Positions 9,860 to 19,393 of a DNA stretch of 42,948 nt are shown here, piece by piece. The notes below the pieces were generated by a model. It made no database searches and was not told where the DNA came from. It saw only the letters and a list, made by a program, of their open reading frames with translations. This DNA is from Deltaproteobacteria bacterium (GTDB lineage: Bacteria; Myxococcota; Myxococcia; Myxococcales; 40CM-4-68-19). Within the stretch, counting starts at the first letter, position 1; the number at the start of each line of letters is the position of its first letter. The DNA lies in contig JAYWAO010000061.1 of NCBI GenBank assembly GCA_043782365.1, forward strand, positions 1 to 42,948, written 5' to 3'. Position numbers and translations under genes: made by a program.

Positions 9860-11007
9860 ACCTCGGGACCCTCGCGCTGCGCAACGCGCTCCTGCGCAAC
9901 CGCACCCGCTCGGCGCTCACCGTGCTCGCCACCATGGCGGCGGCGTTCTGCTTCATCTTCCTGCGGACGATCCTGGGCGCCTGGTACGCCAACAGCGAGG
10001 CGTCGTCGTCCGACCGGGTGGTGACCCGCAACGCCATCGCCATCACCCAGCCGCTGCCGCTCGCCTACGTCGAGAAGGTGAAGAACATCCCGGGCGTCAC
10101 CGCGGTCACCTTCTCCAACTGGTTCGGCGGCGTCTACAAGGACCCGAAGAACTTCTTCGCGCGGTTCGCGGTGGACGCCAAGACCGCCACCGACGTCTTC
10201 GAGATCCGCTACCTCGCCGGCGACCGCGCGGCGTTCGAGGCCGACCGCAGCGGCTGCCTGGTCGGCAAGCAGCTGGCCGAGAAGTACGGCTTCAAGCTGG
10301 GCGACGAGGTCCCGCTGAGAGGCGACATCTACCCGGGCGACTACCGCTTCAAGGTGGACGGGATCGTCGAGGCCGAAGACGCCGCGGTGTCGAACACCAT
10401 GTACTTCCACTGGGCCCGGCTCAACGAGGCGATGCCCGAGGGGCGCAAGAACCAGATCGGCGTCATCACCTCCAAGGTGGCCAAGGCCGACGACTCGCCC
10501 AAGGTGATCAAGGCGATCGACGACTTCTTCGCCAACTCCGACAACGAGACGCACACCGAGACGGAGAAGTCGTTCCGCCTCAGCTTCGTCTCCGGCTCGG
10601 CGGCGATCCTGGGGGCGCTCGAGGCGCTCAGCGTGGTGATCCTCCTCATCATGGCGCTGATCCTCGGCAACACCCTGGCGATGGGCCTGCGCGAGCGCAC
10701 CGGCGAGCTGGGCGCGATGCGGGCGATCGGCTTTCTCCCCAAGCACGTGGCGCTGCTCGCGCTCAGCGAGGGGGCCATCCTCGGCCTGCTGGGCGGGCTC
10801 GCGGGCGTCCTGGTGGCGAAGCCGCTGCTCACCGGCTTCGGCAAGTTCATGAGCAACCTGGGCTTCCTCTCCGGGGTGGGCTTCTCGGCCGGGACCGCGC
10901 TGCTCACCGTTTCTGTAACACTCCTCCTCGGCGCGCTAGCGGCTGCGTGGCCTGCCTGGACGGCCTCTCAGCTGGGCGTGGTCGAAGCGCTCAGGCGGCA
11001 GGAGTAG
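9856..11007 (+). CDS. ABC permease, MacB/FtsX family
   Basis: TM1, large periplasmic domain, then 3 TMs; [15 protein letters not shown] motif. Confidence 0.9.
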   Translation: MNLGTLALRNALLRNRTRSALTVLATMAAAFCFIFLRTILGAWYANSEASSSDRVVTRNAIAITQPLPLAYVEKVKNIPGVTAVTFSNWFGGVYKDPKNFFARFAVDAKTATDVFEIRYLAGDRAAFEADRSGCLVGKQLAEKYGFKLGDEVPLRGDIYPGDYRFKVDGIVEAEDAAVSNTMYFHWARLNEAMPEGRKNQIGVITSKVAKADDSPKVIKAIDDFFANSDNETHTETEKSFRLSFVSGSAAILGALEALSVVILLIMALILGNTLAMGLRERTGELGAMRAIGFLPKHVALLALSEGAILGLLGGLAGVLVAKPLLTGFGKFMSNLGFLSGVGFSAGTALLTVSVTLLLGALAAAWPAWTASQLGVVEALRRQE

Positions 11008-11009
11008 CG

Positions 11010-12173
11010 ATGATCCCGCTCTCGTACAGCTTCCGCTCCATCTTCCGGCGCAAGTTCACCGCCTTCGCGACCGCCTTCGGCCTGGGCCTGGTGGTCTTCG
11101 TCTTCGCCGCCGTGTTGATGGTGGCGGGCGGCGTGCAGAAGACGCTCAAGTCCACCGGCTCGCCGAAGAACGCCATCCTGCTGCGCAAGGGGAGCACCTC
11201 CGAGCTGGTCTCGGGGCTCTCCCGCGAGGCGGCCAAGACGTTCGCCGCCGACCCGAGCGTGGCACAAGCGGGCGGCAAGCCCGTCGCCTCGCCGGAGCTC
11301 TTCGTCATCCAGCAGCTGGAGAAGAGCGACAAGTCGGGCCCGGCCAACGTGGCGTTCCGCGGCTATACCCAGGACGGCTATGACCTCCTCCGCAAGGAGA
11401 CCATCAAGCTGGTGGCGGGCCGCCTGCCCCAGCCAGGCACCAGCGAGGTGATGATCGGGTCGGGCGCGCGGGGTCGGTATCTGGGCGCCGAGCTGGGCCA
11501 GAGCATCCACAAGGCGCGCCGGGACTGGTCGGTGGTGGGCGTCTTCACCTCGGGCGGGAGCGCCTCCGAGAGCGAGGTCTGGGGCGACGTCGAGCAGCTC
11601 GGCCAGGCGATGAACCGGCCGGGCTTCTCCTCGATGACGGTGCAGCTGCGCAGCCCCTCGGACCTGGCGCAGCTCAAGGCCACCGTGGACGCCGACACCC
11701 GCTTCAACCTCGAGGCCAAGCGCGAGGATGTGTATTACGAGGAGAGCTCCGGCACGCTGGCGGCGTTCATCACCGCGCTCGGCTCGGTGGTGGCGGTCTT
11801 CTTCGCGCTCGGCGCGACGGTGGGCGCGATGATCACCATGTTCACCCAGGTGGCCACCCGGCTGCGCGAGATCGGCACGCTGCGGGCGCTCGGGTTCACC
11901 CGGCGCTCGGTCTTGCTGGCGTTCGTCGTCGAGAGCCTGCTCCTCTCGCTCTCGGGCGCGGTGGTGGGCTGCCTGCTGGCGGCGCTGCTCGGTAACTTTT
12001 CGTTTACCACGATCAACTTCGGGACCTTCACCGAGACGAAGTTCCAGCTCGCCTTCTCGGCGCGGGTGGCGATCACGGCGAGCGTCTTCGCGGTGGCGAT
12101 GGGGCTGGTGGGCGGGATCCTGCCGGCCATCCAGGCGGCGCGCAGGCCGATCGCCGAGGCGAGCAAGGGGTAG
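11010..12173 (+). CDS. ABC permease, MacB/FtsX family
   Basis: Same topology; RLREIGTLRALGF motif; GGAG RBS. Confidence 0.9.
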   Translation: MIPLSYSFRSIFRRKFTAFATAFGLGLVVFVFAAVLMVAGGVQKTLKSTGSPKNAILLRKGSTSELVSGLSREAAKTFAADPSVAQAGGKPVASPELFVIQQLEKSDKSGPANVAFRGYTQDGYDLLRKETIKLVAGRLPQPGTSEVMIGSGARGRYLGAELGQSIHKARRDWSVVGVFTSGGSASESEVWGDVEQLGQAMNRPGFSSMTVQLRSPSDLAQLKATVDADTRFNLEAKREDVYYEESSGTLAAFITALGSVVAVFFALGATVGAMITMFTQVATRLREIGTLRALGFTRRSVLLAFVVESLLLSLSGAVVGCLLAALLGNFSFTTINFGTFTETKFQLAFSARVAITASVFAVAMGLVGGILPAIQAARRPIAEASKG

Positions 12174-12227
12174 CGCCGGGGCGGCGAGAGAGCACGCCGC
12201 CACCGGCTGCCGTCCGCCCGGCGGGTC

Positions 12228-13664
12228 CTACTTCTTGACGCCCTTCGCCCCTTCGCTCTCGACGAACTCGCTCTCGGTGGGCGCGATTGTGGGCTCGTCC
12301 TGGGTCGCCACGTCCGAGGGGCCGGTCCAGAAGTAGGGGGCGTGGTTGAAGTCGTGCTCGCCAGCCTTGCCGAGCCGCCCGCTGTACTTGAGGCAGGCGT
12401 CCTTCGCCTTGGTGCGCGGACCCTCCTTCTGCAGGCGGGCCGCCGCGTCGAGCGACTTGCCGCCGCAGGCGGGCCGGTGGAGCTTCTCGTTCTCCGGCTT
12501 GCCCGGGTAGCTGATGGTCATCGACAGGGTCATCCACTTGTCGAGGAACTGCTTGAGCGCGCCGGCGTCCACCCGCTTGCCGGCGTGGTCGGCCTCGAAG
12601 CGCTGGTAGAGATCGACGGTCGCGTCGTACGCCGCCTTGGCGAACGGCTTGAGGTCGCCCACCGGCGCTTTGTAGGTCTCATCCCGCTGCTTGTACGGCT
12701 TCCAGATCAGGTCGCCGGTGATGTCCATGTTCCCGGGGGTCAAGCCCGGCCCCCAAATCGGGTGCGCGTGCTGGTAGGTGCCGGGGGCGCAGTCCCAGTC
12801 CTTGATGTCGACGATCTGCTGGTAGTCCGCCTCGCTGCTGTCTTTGGTGTAATACGGCGGGTCGAGGACGATGCGGGCCTTCTGGTCCTTCCCGCCCGGC
12901 GTGGCGCGGATGGTGTGCTCCGGGCTGAAGGAGTCCTGCATCAGGTGCATGGCGCGGCCCAGCAGCAGATAGGGCTTGTTGACGAGGTAGAAGCGCCCGC
13001 CGCCGAGGGTGCCATCGCGCAGCGGGACGAGGCCGTCGTCCGCGGCGACCGCGGCCGCGTAGTAGGCCTTGAAGCGGTCGATGCCCTCGTTGTACGCGGC
13101 CGCCAGGCCCGACTTGTTCTGCTCGTCGCCGCGGCGCATGAAGTGGTCAGCCATGTTCTCCTCGGGCTCCTGCGCGACCGCGTTGAAGCAGAAGTAGCCC
13201 TTGACCGCGCCGGCGGTGGCGAACCCCATCTCGTCGACCCAGCGCTGTCCCACCGCCACCGAGAAGGCGTTGAGGCTCGGCCCGCCGGCCACCATCTTGC
13301 CAGCGGCGTCGAGCGAGTACTTGAGCACCTCCTCGTGCTTGGTCTGCAATCCCCAGCCGTACCAGAGCTTCTGCGCCTTGGCCGAGAGGCCGCTCTTCGA
13401 CCAGCCCATCTTCTCCAGCGTGCCGTCCTTGTCGAGCTGGTCGAGCGCGGCGGCGTACTTCTTCGCCAGCGCCGCGGGGTCGCCGTCGTTCTTGTAGCTG
13501 GCGGCGCCGCTGTCGAGCGCGCCGCGGACGCAGAGATATTCGTGGCCGATCGGCGAGGCGAGTCCGCCCATCGAGCCCTTCTGCGAAAACGCGGCGGCGC
13601 CGGACGAGATGCCTGCGCTGGCGCAAAGGGCGAGCGCGACCGCCGTGGTGCGGGGGTTGGTCAT
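12228..13664 (-). CDS. Secreted damselysin (Dly)-like phospholipase/hemolysin with a Zn-PLC/P1-nuclease-like His/Asp motif set
   Basis: Signal peptide AAA-FSQ. Motifs GHEYL, GQRWVDEMGF, CFNAVAQEP, DHFMRR, LLGRAMHLMQDSFSPEHTIR, QHAH, GDLIW match in order my recollection of Photobacterium damselae damselysin. Confidence 0.75.
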   Translation of the reverse strand: MTNPRTTAVALALCASAGISSGAAAFSQKGSMGGLASPIGHEYLCVRGALDSGAASYKNDGDPAALAKKYAAALDQLDKDGTLEKMGWSKSGLSAKAQKLWYGWGLQTKHEEVLKYSLDAAGKMVAGGPSLNAFSVAVGQRWVDEMGFATAGAVKGYFCFNAVAQEPEENMADHFMRRGDEQNKSGLAAAYNEGIDRFKAYYAAAVAADDGLVPLRDGTLGGGRFYLVNKPYLLLGRAMHLMQDSFSPEHTIRATPGGKDQKARIVLDPPYYTKDSSEADYQQIVDIKDWDCAPGTYQHAHPIWGPGLTPGNMDITGDLIWKPYKQRDETYKAPVGDLKPFAKAAYDATVDLYQRFEADHAGKRVDAGALKQFLDKWMTLSMTISYPGKPENEKLHRPACGGKSLDAAARLQKEGPRTKAKDACLKYSGRLGKAGEHDFNHAPYFWTGPSDVATQDEPTIAPTESEFVESEGAKGVKK

Positions 13665-13781
13665 GGTTCCTCTGGGGTGGGGGTTCGTCGGCTCCACTCT
13701 ATCGGACTGGGACCGCCGAGCCTGAGTCGAAGGTCGACCCTTTGCTGATTGACCCCGGACCCGGCGGGCCTACGATGGCGC

Positions 13782-13964
13782 ATGGCCCTCCCGGCGACCG
13801 AGCCCACCTGGTTCAGCTTCCTCGACCGCTCGCTGCGCTACGACTGCATCTCCTGCGGCTCGTTCGGCGACGCGGCCGCCGCCCTGGAGGACGTCCCGGC
13901 GGCGCTGCGCGCGATGGCGCTGACCCAGTTCGACCAGGCCGAGGCCGAGCTCGAGTTCGCATGA
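13782..13964 (+). CDS. 60-aa CxxC small protein, possibly a remnant of a YkgJ-type cysteine-cluster protein
   Basis: LRYDCISCG resembles the YkgJ N-terminus; GC3-rich codons; ATGA overlap with the next gene. Confidence 0.45.
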   Translation: MALPATEPTWFSFLDRSLRYDCISCGSFGDAAAALEDVPAALRAMALTQFDQAEAELEFA

Positions 13965-15814
13965 GCTCCTCGCCAGACGCCCCGGCCTACCGCCAACGCC
14001 ACCGCGAGCGCGGCCCCGGCGTGCTCAGCGACGGCGCGCTCTTCCTCCTGCTCGCGGTGGCCTACGGCTGGCTGTTCGTCTTCTTCCCAGCCATCAACAA
14101 CCCCAACGAGCTGGTGCGCCTCTACACGGCGCGGGCCCTCGCGCAGGAGCACACCTATTCGATCGGCGTCCGCGCGCGCTTGCCCGACGGCCCCCTCGAC
14201 GACCGCGGCCCGATCTACTCCGCCTGGGGCTACGTCAACGACAAGTCGCTGGTGTGCGACGACCCGCGCGCTGCGCCGCCCGACTGCTCGGGGCGCCTCT
14301 ACGCGGCCAAGGCCCCGGCCACCTCCTGGCTGGAGGTGCCGGTGGTGGTGGCGGTGGACGCGGCCTTCTCGCGCCTGGGCCGCGCGCCCTCGAAGGACGA
14401 CTACATCTTCTGGTGCCGCTGGTGCGTCGTCATCCTGCCCACCCTCTGCTTCTGGCTCCTCCTGCGGCGCTTCCTCGAGGGGCTCTCGGTGGAGCCCGCG
14501 CTGGCGCAGGCGGCGGTGCTGGCGGGGGCGCTCGGCTCGCTCTCGCTCACCTACGGGCAGATGGCGGCCGGGCACCAGCTGGCCGGGCTCTCGCTCGGCT
14601 TCGCGCTGCTCGCGGGGTTCGCGCGCAGGGTCAGGGGACGCGCCGGCGAGGACGCCGGAGGGGTCGCGCAGCGGGGCGACCTGCGCAGCTTCGCGCTGGG
14701 CCTCTTCCTCGCGCTCTCGGTGGCGTGCGAGTACACCTCGGCTCCGGCGGCGGTGATCCTCGGGCTCGGCTGGCTCTTCTTGCGGCGGCCCTCCTGGCGC
14801 GATCTGCTGGCGGCCGCCCTGGGCGCGGCCCTCCCGACGCTGCTCCTGCTCCACTTCCACCGCGCCGCCTTCGGCTCGGCCTTCTCCACGCCCTACAACC
14901 ACCTCGAGAACCAGGGCTTCGCGCGCGACCTGGCGCCGGGCCTGATGGGCGTCTCGCTGCCTACCTTGGAGAAGCTCTGGGGCGGCTTCTTCTCGCCCAC
15001 GCTCGGCCTCTTCTTCTGGTCGCCCTGGTGCGCGCTCGCCATCCCCGCCGGTCTCTCGCTGCTCTCGGGCGCGCGCAGCGAGCGGCGGCGCACCGGGACC
15101 GATCCCGGCTCGAGCCCGCCCGCGCCCGCGGTGGCGATCGGCGCCCTCTGCGCGCTGGTGGTCGGGTATTACTTCCTCTTCCAGCTCAGCCACGCGCTCT
15201 GGCGCAGCGGCTGGACGGTGGGCCCCCGCTACGTCACGCCGCTGGTGCCCTTCGCCGCCGTCTCGGTGGCGCTCTGGGCGCAGCGGTTCCCAGCCCACGC
15301 ACGGCCGATCGCGGCGGCGCTGCTCGGCGGCACCGGCGCTGCGGCGGTGCTGGCGACCGGGCTCGCCTCGGCCGTCTGCCAGGGGTTCCCGTTCGAGGCC
15401 TACAACCCGCTGCCGGAGATCGTCCTCCCGCTGCTCACGCACGGGTGGCTGCCGCGCAACCCGCTGCAGTCCCTCGGGGTGCCGGGGCTCTTGAGCGGCC
15501 TGCCCTACTTCGGCGCGCTCGGCGTGGCCTGCGCGCTGCTCCTCTGGACGCCGCTGCTGGCTGGGACGCCGGGGAAGGGGCCCGGGCAAGCGCCGCCCGG
15601 GACGCCGGCGTGGCAGACCGGACCGGACGCCTTCACGGGCCACGTCGCGGAGGCGCGCCGCGCCGGCCTGTGGCGCGGCATTGTATTACTTTTCCTGCTC
15701 GCGCTAGGCCAGTGGACCGCGAGCGCGGGGACCACCGCGGAGGGGCCGAAGGGGGCGGCGTTCCTCTCCACCCAGTGGTCGCCGCGGCACCCGCCGGGGG
15801 CGCGCGAGTTCTAG
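13961..15814 (+). CDS. Polytopic membrane protein, probable GT-C fold glycosyltransferase
   Basis: More than 10 TMs; first loop with NPNE and AKAP; GLFFWSP and GPRYVTP motifs typical of GT-C-like proteins. Confidence 0.65.
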   Translation: MSSSPDAPAYRQRHRERGPGVLSDGALFLLLAVAYGWLFVFFPAINNPNELVRLYTARALAQEHTYSIGVRARLPDGPLDDRGPIYSAWGYVNDKSLVCDDPRAAPPDCSGRLYAAKAPATSWLEVPVVVAVDAAFSRLGRAPSKDDYIFWCRWCVVILPTLCFWLLLRRFLEGLSVEPALAQAAVLAGALGSLSLTYGQMAAGHQLAGLSLGFALLAGFARRVRGRAGEDAGGVAQRGDLRSFALGLFLALSVACEYTSAPAAVILGLGWLFLRRPSWRDLLAAALGAALPTLLLLHFHRAAFGSAFSTPYNHLENQGFARDLAPGLMGVSLPTLEKLWGGFFSPTLGLFFWSPWCALAIPAGLSLLSGARSERRRTGTDPGSSPPAPAVAIGALCALVVGYYFLFQLSHALWRSGWTVGPRYVTPLVPFAAVSVALWAQRFPAHARPIAAALLGGTGAAAVLATGLASAVCQGFPFEAYNPLPEIVLPLLTHGWLPRNPLQSLGVPGLLSGLPYFGALGVACALLLWTPLLAGTPGKGPGQAPPGTPAWQTGPDAFTGHVAEARRAGLWRGIVLLFLLALGQWTASAGTTAEGPKGAAFLSTQWSPRHPPGAREF

Positions 15815-15846
15815 CCGCACCCTGTGCGGGGCAGGCGCCGGCGACT

Positions 15847-15870
15847 TGTCCACCTGTTCCATGCTGGAAC
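15847..15870 (+). promoter_or_regulatory. Tripartite upstream activator site, copy 1 (nosZ)
   Basis: TGTCCA-CCT-GTTCCA-TGC-TGGAAC, ending 101 bp upstream of a sigma54 promoter; same architecture at 22767 and 24027. Confidence 0.7.
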
Positions 15871-15902
15871 GGGCGCGAGACAACGTCCAGCGACGATGGA
15901 GC

Positions 15903-15918
15903 TGCGACGGATTGTCTC
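15903..15918. promoter_or_regulatory. Possible RegA/RegR-type box upstream of nosZ
   Basis: TGCGAC-GGATT-GTCTC versus GCGRC-N5-GTCGC (one mismatch). Confidence 0.35.
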
Positions 15919-15971
15919 GATTCTCCGAGTGGCCGCAGCGAGGTTGCAGCCTCGCGAGACGGCTCGGCTGC

Positions 15972-15987
15972 TGGCGCGTCGGTTGCA
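15972..15987 (+). promoter_or_regulatory. Sigma54 -24/-12 promoter of nosZ
   Basis: TGGCGCG-TCGG-TTGCA, one mismatch to TGGCACG-N4-TTGCW; ends 40 bp before the nosZ ATG. Confidence 0.8.
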
Positions 15988-16026
15988 CGCGGGGGACCTG
16001 CGTCCACATCCGTGGCCCGAGGACCC

Positions 16027-18030
16027 ATGAACCCGACCCCGAGACGATTCCCGGCGACCCTGGCTGCGTTCGCCGCCCTGCTCGCCGCCTCCGCCTGCAC
16101 CGCGCCCTCCGGGCCTGGACAGGCCACGCCAAGCACCCAGTCCGCAGCGGCCGGCGGCAGCGCCGTGGCGAAGATCATGCACGACCGCGGGCTCTCCGAG
16201 GCCGACGTGACGGCGGCGCTGAAGACCTATACGCCGTCGGGCAAGAAGGACGAGTATTACACCTTCGCCTCGGGCGGCCACGGCGGCAACCTGATCGTCA
16301 TCGGCGTCCCGTCGATGCGGATCTTGAAGTACATCGCCGTCTTCACGCCAGAGCCCTGGCAGGGCTACGGCTACGGGGACGAGGCCACCAAGAAGATCCT
16401 CGCGGGCGGCCGCCGCCACGACAAGGACATCACCTGGGGCGACATGCACCACCCCGCTCTTTCGGAGACCAAGGGCGAGTACGACGGCCAGTACATCTTC
16501 GTCAACGACAAGGCGAACCCGCGCATCGCGGTGATCGACCTGAAGGACTTCACCACCGTGCAGATCGTCGCCTCGCCGCTGATCGAGTCGGAGCACGGCG
16601 CGACCTTCGTCACGCCCGACACCGAATACGTCATCGAGACTTCGCAATATGCCGCGCCCCTGGGCGGCGCATATGCCGATATCAAGGAGTACAACGAGAA
16701 GTACCGGGGCGCGATGATCTTCCACAAGTTCGACCGGACCAAGGGGCGCATCGTCCCCGAGGAGTCGTTCGCCATCGAGCTGCCGCCGTACATGCAGGAC
16801 CTCGCCGACGCCGGCAAGCTGACGTCTGATGGCTGGGCGTTCTGCAACTCGATCAACACCGAGCGCGCCACCGGCGGCATCCTCGAGGGCAACCCGCCGC
16901 TCGAGAGCGGCTCCACCAAGAACGACATGGACTACCTGCACGTGATCAACTGGCGCGCCGCCGCCGCGGTCGCCAAGGCCGGCAAGACCACCACCATCGC
17001 CGGGATGAAGGTGATCTCGCTGAAGACGGCCATCGAGGAAGGGCTGCTCTACTTCATCCCCGAGCCGAAGAGCCCGCACGGCAACGACGTCACCCCGGAC
17101 GGCGAGGACATCGTGGTGGGCGGAAAGCTCGACACCCGCGCCACCGTCTTCAACTTCAAGAAGATCAAGGCGCTGATCGACGCGAAGAAGTTCGAGGCGA
17201 AGGACCCGTACGGGGTGCCGATCCTCAACTTCGAGGCGTCGATCCGCGGCCAGGTGGAGCTGGGCCTGGGCCCGCTGCACAACCAGTTCGACGGCGACGG
17301 CAACGTCTACACCTCGCTCTTCATCGAGACCAAGGTGGCGAAGTGGAACCTCAAGGAGCTGAAGCTGATCGAGAAGATCTCGACCAACTACAACATCGGC
17401 CACCTGGTGGCGGCCGAGGGCGACACCGTCGCGCCCAAGGGCAAGTACCTCATCGCGATGAACAAGTGGGCGCTCGACCGGTTCCTCCCGGTGGGCCCGC
17501 TGCTCCCGCAGAACTTCCAGCTGATCGACCTCACCGGTGACACCAACGGCGGCAAGATGCAGCTGCTCTACGACATGCCGATCGGGCTCGGCGAGCCGCA
17601 CAACGCGCAGATGATCCTGGCGAGCCGGCTCAAGCCGATGGACATCTACAAGCCCGGCACCGACCCGGCCACCAAGGAGAAGGACCCCTTCGCGGTGGAG
17701 GGCGGCAAGGAGCGCATCGAGAAGAAGGGCGACACCGTCCACGTCTACATGACGGCGATCCGCAGCCACTTCACGCCCGACATCATCCGCGTCAAGGAGG
17801 GCGACAAGGTCGCGCTGCACATCACCAGCCTGGAGCAGGCGCACGACGCGACCCACGGCTTCACCATCGACTCGTACAACCTGCACGCCTCGCTCGAGCC
17901 AGGCAAGCACGTCAACATGGAGTTCGTCGCCGACCGCGCCGGCGTCTTCCCGCTCTACTGCACAGAGTTCTGCTCGGCGCTGCACCTGGAGATGGCCGGC
18001 TACTTCCTCGTCGAGCCGAAGAAGAAGTAG
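16027..18030 (+). CDS. nosZ: Nitrous-oxide reductase, clade II (Sec-dependent, lipoprotein signal)
   Basis: CuZ His motifs DMHH, EHG, SPHG, GPLH, IGH, EPH; CuA THGF...CTEFCSALHLEM; FASGGHGG and FTPEPWQGYG; lipobox LAASAC; GAGG RBS. Confidence 0.97.
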   Translation: MNPTPRRFPATLAAFAALLAASACTAPSGPGQATPSTQSAAAGGSAVAKIMHDRGLSEADVTAALKTYTPSGKKDEYYTFASGGHGGNLIVIGVPSMRILKYIAVFTPEPWQGYGYGDEATKKILAGGRRHDKDITWGDMHHPALSETKGEYDGQYIFVNDKANPRIAVIDLKDFTTVQIVASPLIESEHGATFVTPDTEYVIETSQYAAPLGGAYADIKEYNEKYRGAMIFHKFDRTKGRIVPEESFAIELPPYMQDLADAGKLTSDGWAFCNSINTERATGGILEGNPPLESGSTKNDMDYLHVINWRAAAAVAKAGKTTTIAGMKVISLKTAIEEGLLYFIPEPKSPHGNDVTPDGEDIVVGGKLDTRATVFNFKKIKALIDAKKFEAKDPYGVPILNFEASIRGQVELGLGPLHNQFDGDGNVYTSLFIETKVAKWNLKELKLIEKISTNYNIGHLVAAEGDTVAPKGKYLIAMNKWALDRFLPVGPLLPQNFQLIDLTGDTNGGKMQLLYDMPIGLGEPHNAQMILASRLKPMDIYKPGTDPATKEKDPFAVEGGKERIEKKGDTVHVYMTAIRSHFTPDIIRVKEGDKVALHITSLEQAHDATHGFTIDSYNLHASLEPGKHVNMEFVADRAGVFPLYCTEFCSALHLEMAGYFLVEPKKK

Positions 18031-18058
18031 CGCGGGCCCCACACCACGGACGACGCCG

Positions 18059-19393
18059 ATGCGCTCCCTCTCCAGCAGCCACAGCGCAGTCAGGGCCGCC
18101 CTCGCCCTGCTGGCGATGGGAGCCTTGGCCTGCACCGAGACCGCGCGAGACGAAGGCCCGGCCTTCCACGCGCGGGCGGCGCCGCTCCGGCCGCGGGGTT
18201 GTGTCGAATTGAGCCAGCAAGCTGGGCTGGCGGAGAAGCTGAAGGCCGGACGCGAGGGGGAGTCGTTCTGCCTTGCGCCCGGGCTCTACTTCGGGCCGCT
18301 GACGCTGGCCACCGGCGTCACCCTCTATGGACCGCCCAGCGCCGTCATCCGCTCGACCGGCGAGGGCACCACGCTGCTGCTCGCCTCGCGGACCCGGCTG
18401 CTCGGGCTCACCGTCGACGGCAGCGGGAGCCGCTTCGACGTGCTCGACGCCGCCATCAAGCTCGACCAGGGCGAGGACGTCCTGATCGAGGGCGTGACCA
18501 TTGACCACGCCCTCTTCGGGATCCTGCTCAATCAATCAAAGCGCGTGCAGGTGCTGGGCAACCACGTCCGGGGGGTCGGCGGCCCCGCGCTGGGCCTGCG
18601 CGGCGACGGGATCCACCTCTGGGAGACCTACGATTCGCTGGTGGAGGCGAACCTGGTCGAGAACACCCGCGACGTGGTCGTCTGGTACTCGAGCCGCAAC
18701 GTCCTGCGCGGCAACGAGGTGCGCGGCGGCCGCTATGGCACTCACTTCATGTACAGCCACCACAACCGGCTCGAAGGCTCGCGCTATCTCGGCAACGAGG
18801 TGGGCGTGTTCGTCATGTACAGCCGCGACCTCGAGGTGCTCGGCAACACCATCCTCGACTCCTCGGGCGCCGCCGGCATGGGCCTGGGCGTCAAGGAGTC
18901 GGGCAACCTCACCGTGCGCGGGAACCTCTTCGTGCACGACACCATCGGCCTCTTCCTCGACAACTCGCCGCTCGACCTCGGCGACAAGAACCTCTTCGAA
19001 GGGAACGTCATCCGGATGGGTGACGTGGGCGTGGCCTTCCTCTCGACCACGCACGACAACGTCTTCAAGCGCAACGCCTTCCGCGACAACCACCTGCCGG
19101 TGCGGGTGGAGTCGGGCGGCGACGCGATCGGCCTCACCTGGGACGGCAACGAGTTCGACGACTACGTCGGCTATGACCTCGACGGGGACGGCGTCGGCGA
19201 CCTGCCCTATGAGCTCTCCGACTTGAGCAACGTGCTCGAATCCCGCAACGCCTCGCTCGCCTTCCTGCGCGGCACCCCGGCGCTGGCGCTGGTCTCGATG
19301 GCGGGCCACGTGGTGCCGCTCTTCGCGCCCAAGCCCGTGCTGCGCGATCCCCACCCGAGCATGAAGACCCTGGAGCGCTCCGATGCGCATTGA
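18059..19393 (+). CDS. nosD: Nitrous-oxide reductase maturation protein NosD
   Basis: Beta-helix repeats, RGDGIHLW, RYGTHFMYS, YDLDGDGVGDLPY; directly after nosZ. Confidence 0.95.
   Translation: MRSLSSSHSAVRAALALLAMGALACTETARDEGPAFHARAAPLRPRGCVELSQQAGLAEKLKAGREGESFCLAPGLYFGPLTLATGVTLYGPPSAVIRSTGEGTTLLLASRTRLLGLTVDGSGSRFDVLDAAIKLDQGEDVLIEGVTIDHALFGILLNQSKRVQVLGNHVRGVGGPALGLRGDGIHLWETYDSLVEANLVENTRDVVVWYSSRNVLRGNEVRGGRYGTHFMYSHHNRLEGSRYLGNEVGVFVMYSRDLEVLGNTILDSSGAAGMGLGVKESGNLTVRGNLFVHDTIGLFLDNSPLDLGDKNLFEGNVIRMGDVGVAFLSTTHDNVFKRNAFRDNHLPVRVESGGDAIGLTWDGNEFDDYVGYDLDGDGVGDLPYELSDLSNVLESRNASLAFLRGTPALALVSMAGHVVPLFAPKPVLRDPHPSMKTLERSDAH

Noticed and set aside
7926-13664. MacAB-like exporter as the dedicated secretion or immunity system for the damselysin-like protein
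   Set aside because: The genes are convergent, the toxin has its own Sec signal, and such four-gene ABC operons are common. Adjacency alone is insufficient.
13782-13964. Small ORF as the YcaO-TfuA precursor peptide
   Set aside because: It lies about 14 kb away, is coupled to an unrelated gene and has no leader/core pattern.
14254-18030. 1258-aa ORF suggesting a giant NosZ fusion
   Set aside because: The N-terminal part is an Arg/Ala/Gly-rich off-frame read of the GT-C gene. The real start at 16027 has an RBS, a lipobox and a sigma54 promoter.
15811-18135. Long antisense ORFs (this one, 35860-38607, 25331-27835 and others)
   Set aside because: Typical stop-poor antisense frames of high-GC genes, with no recognisable motifs.
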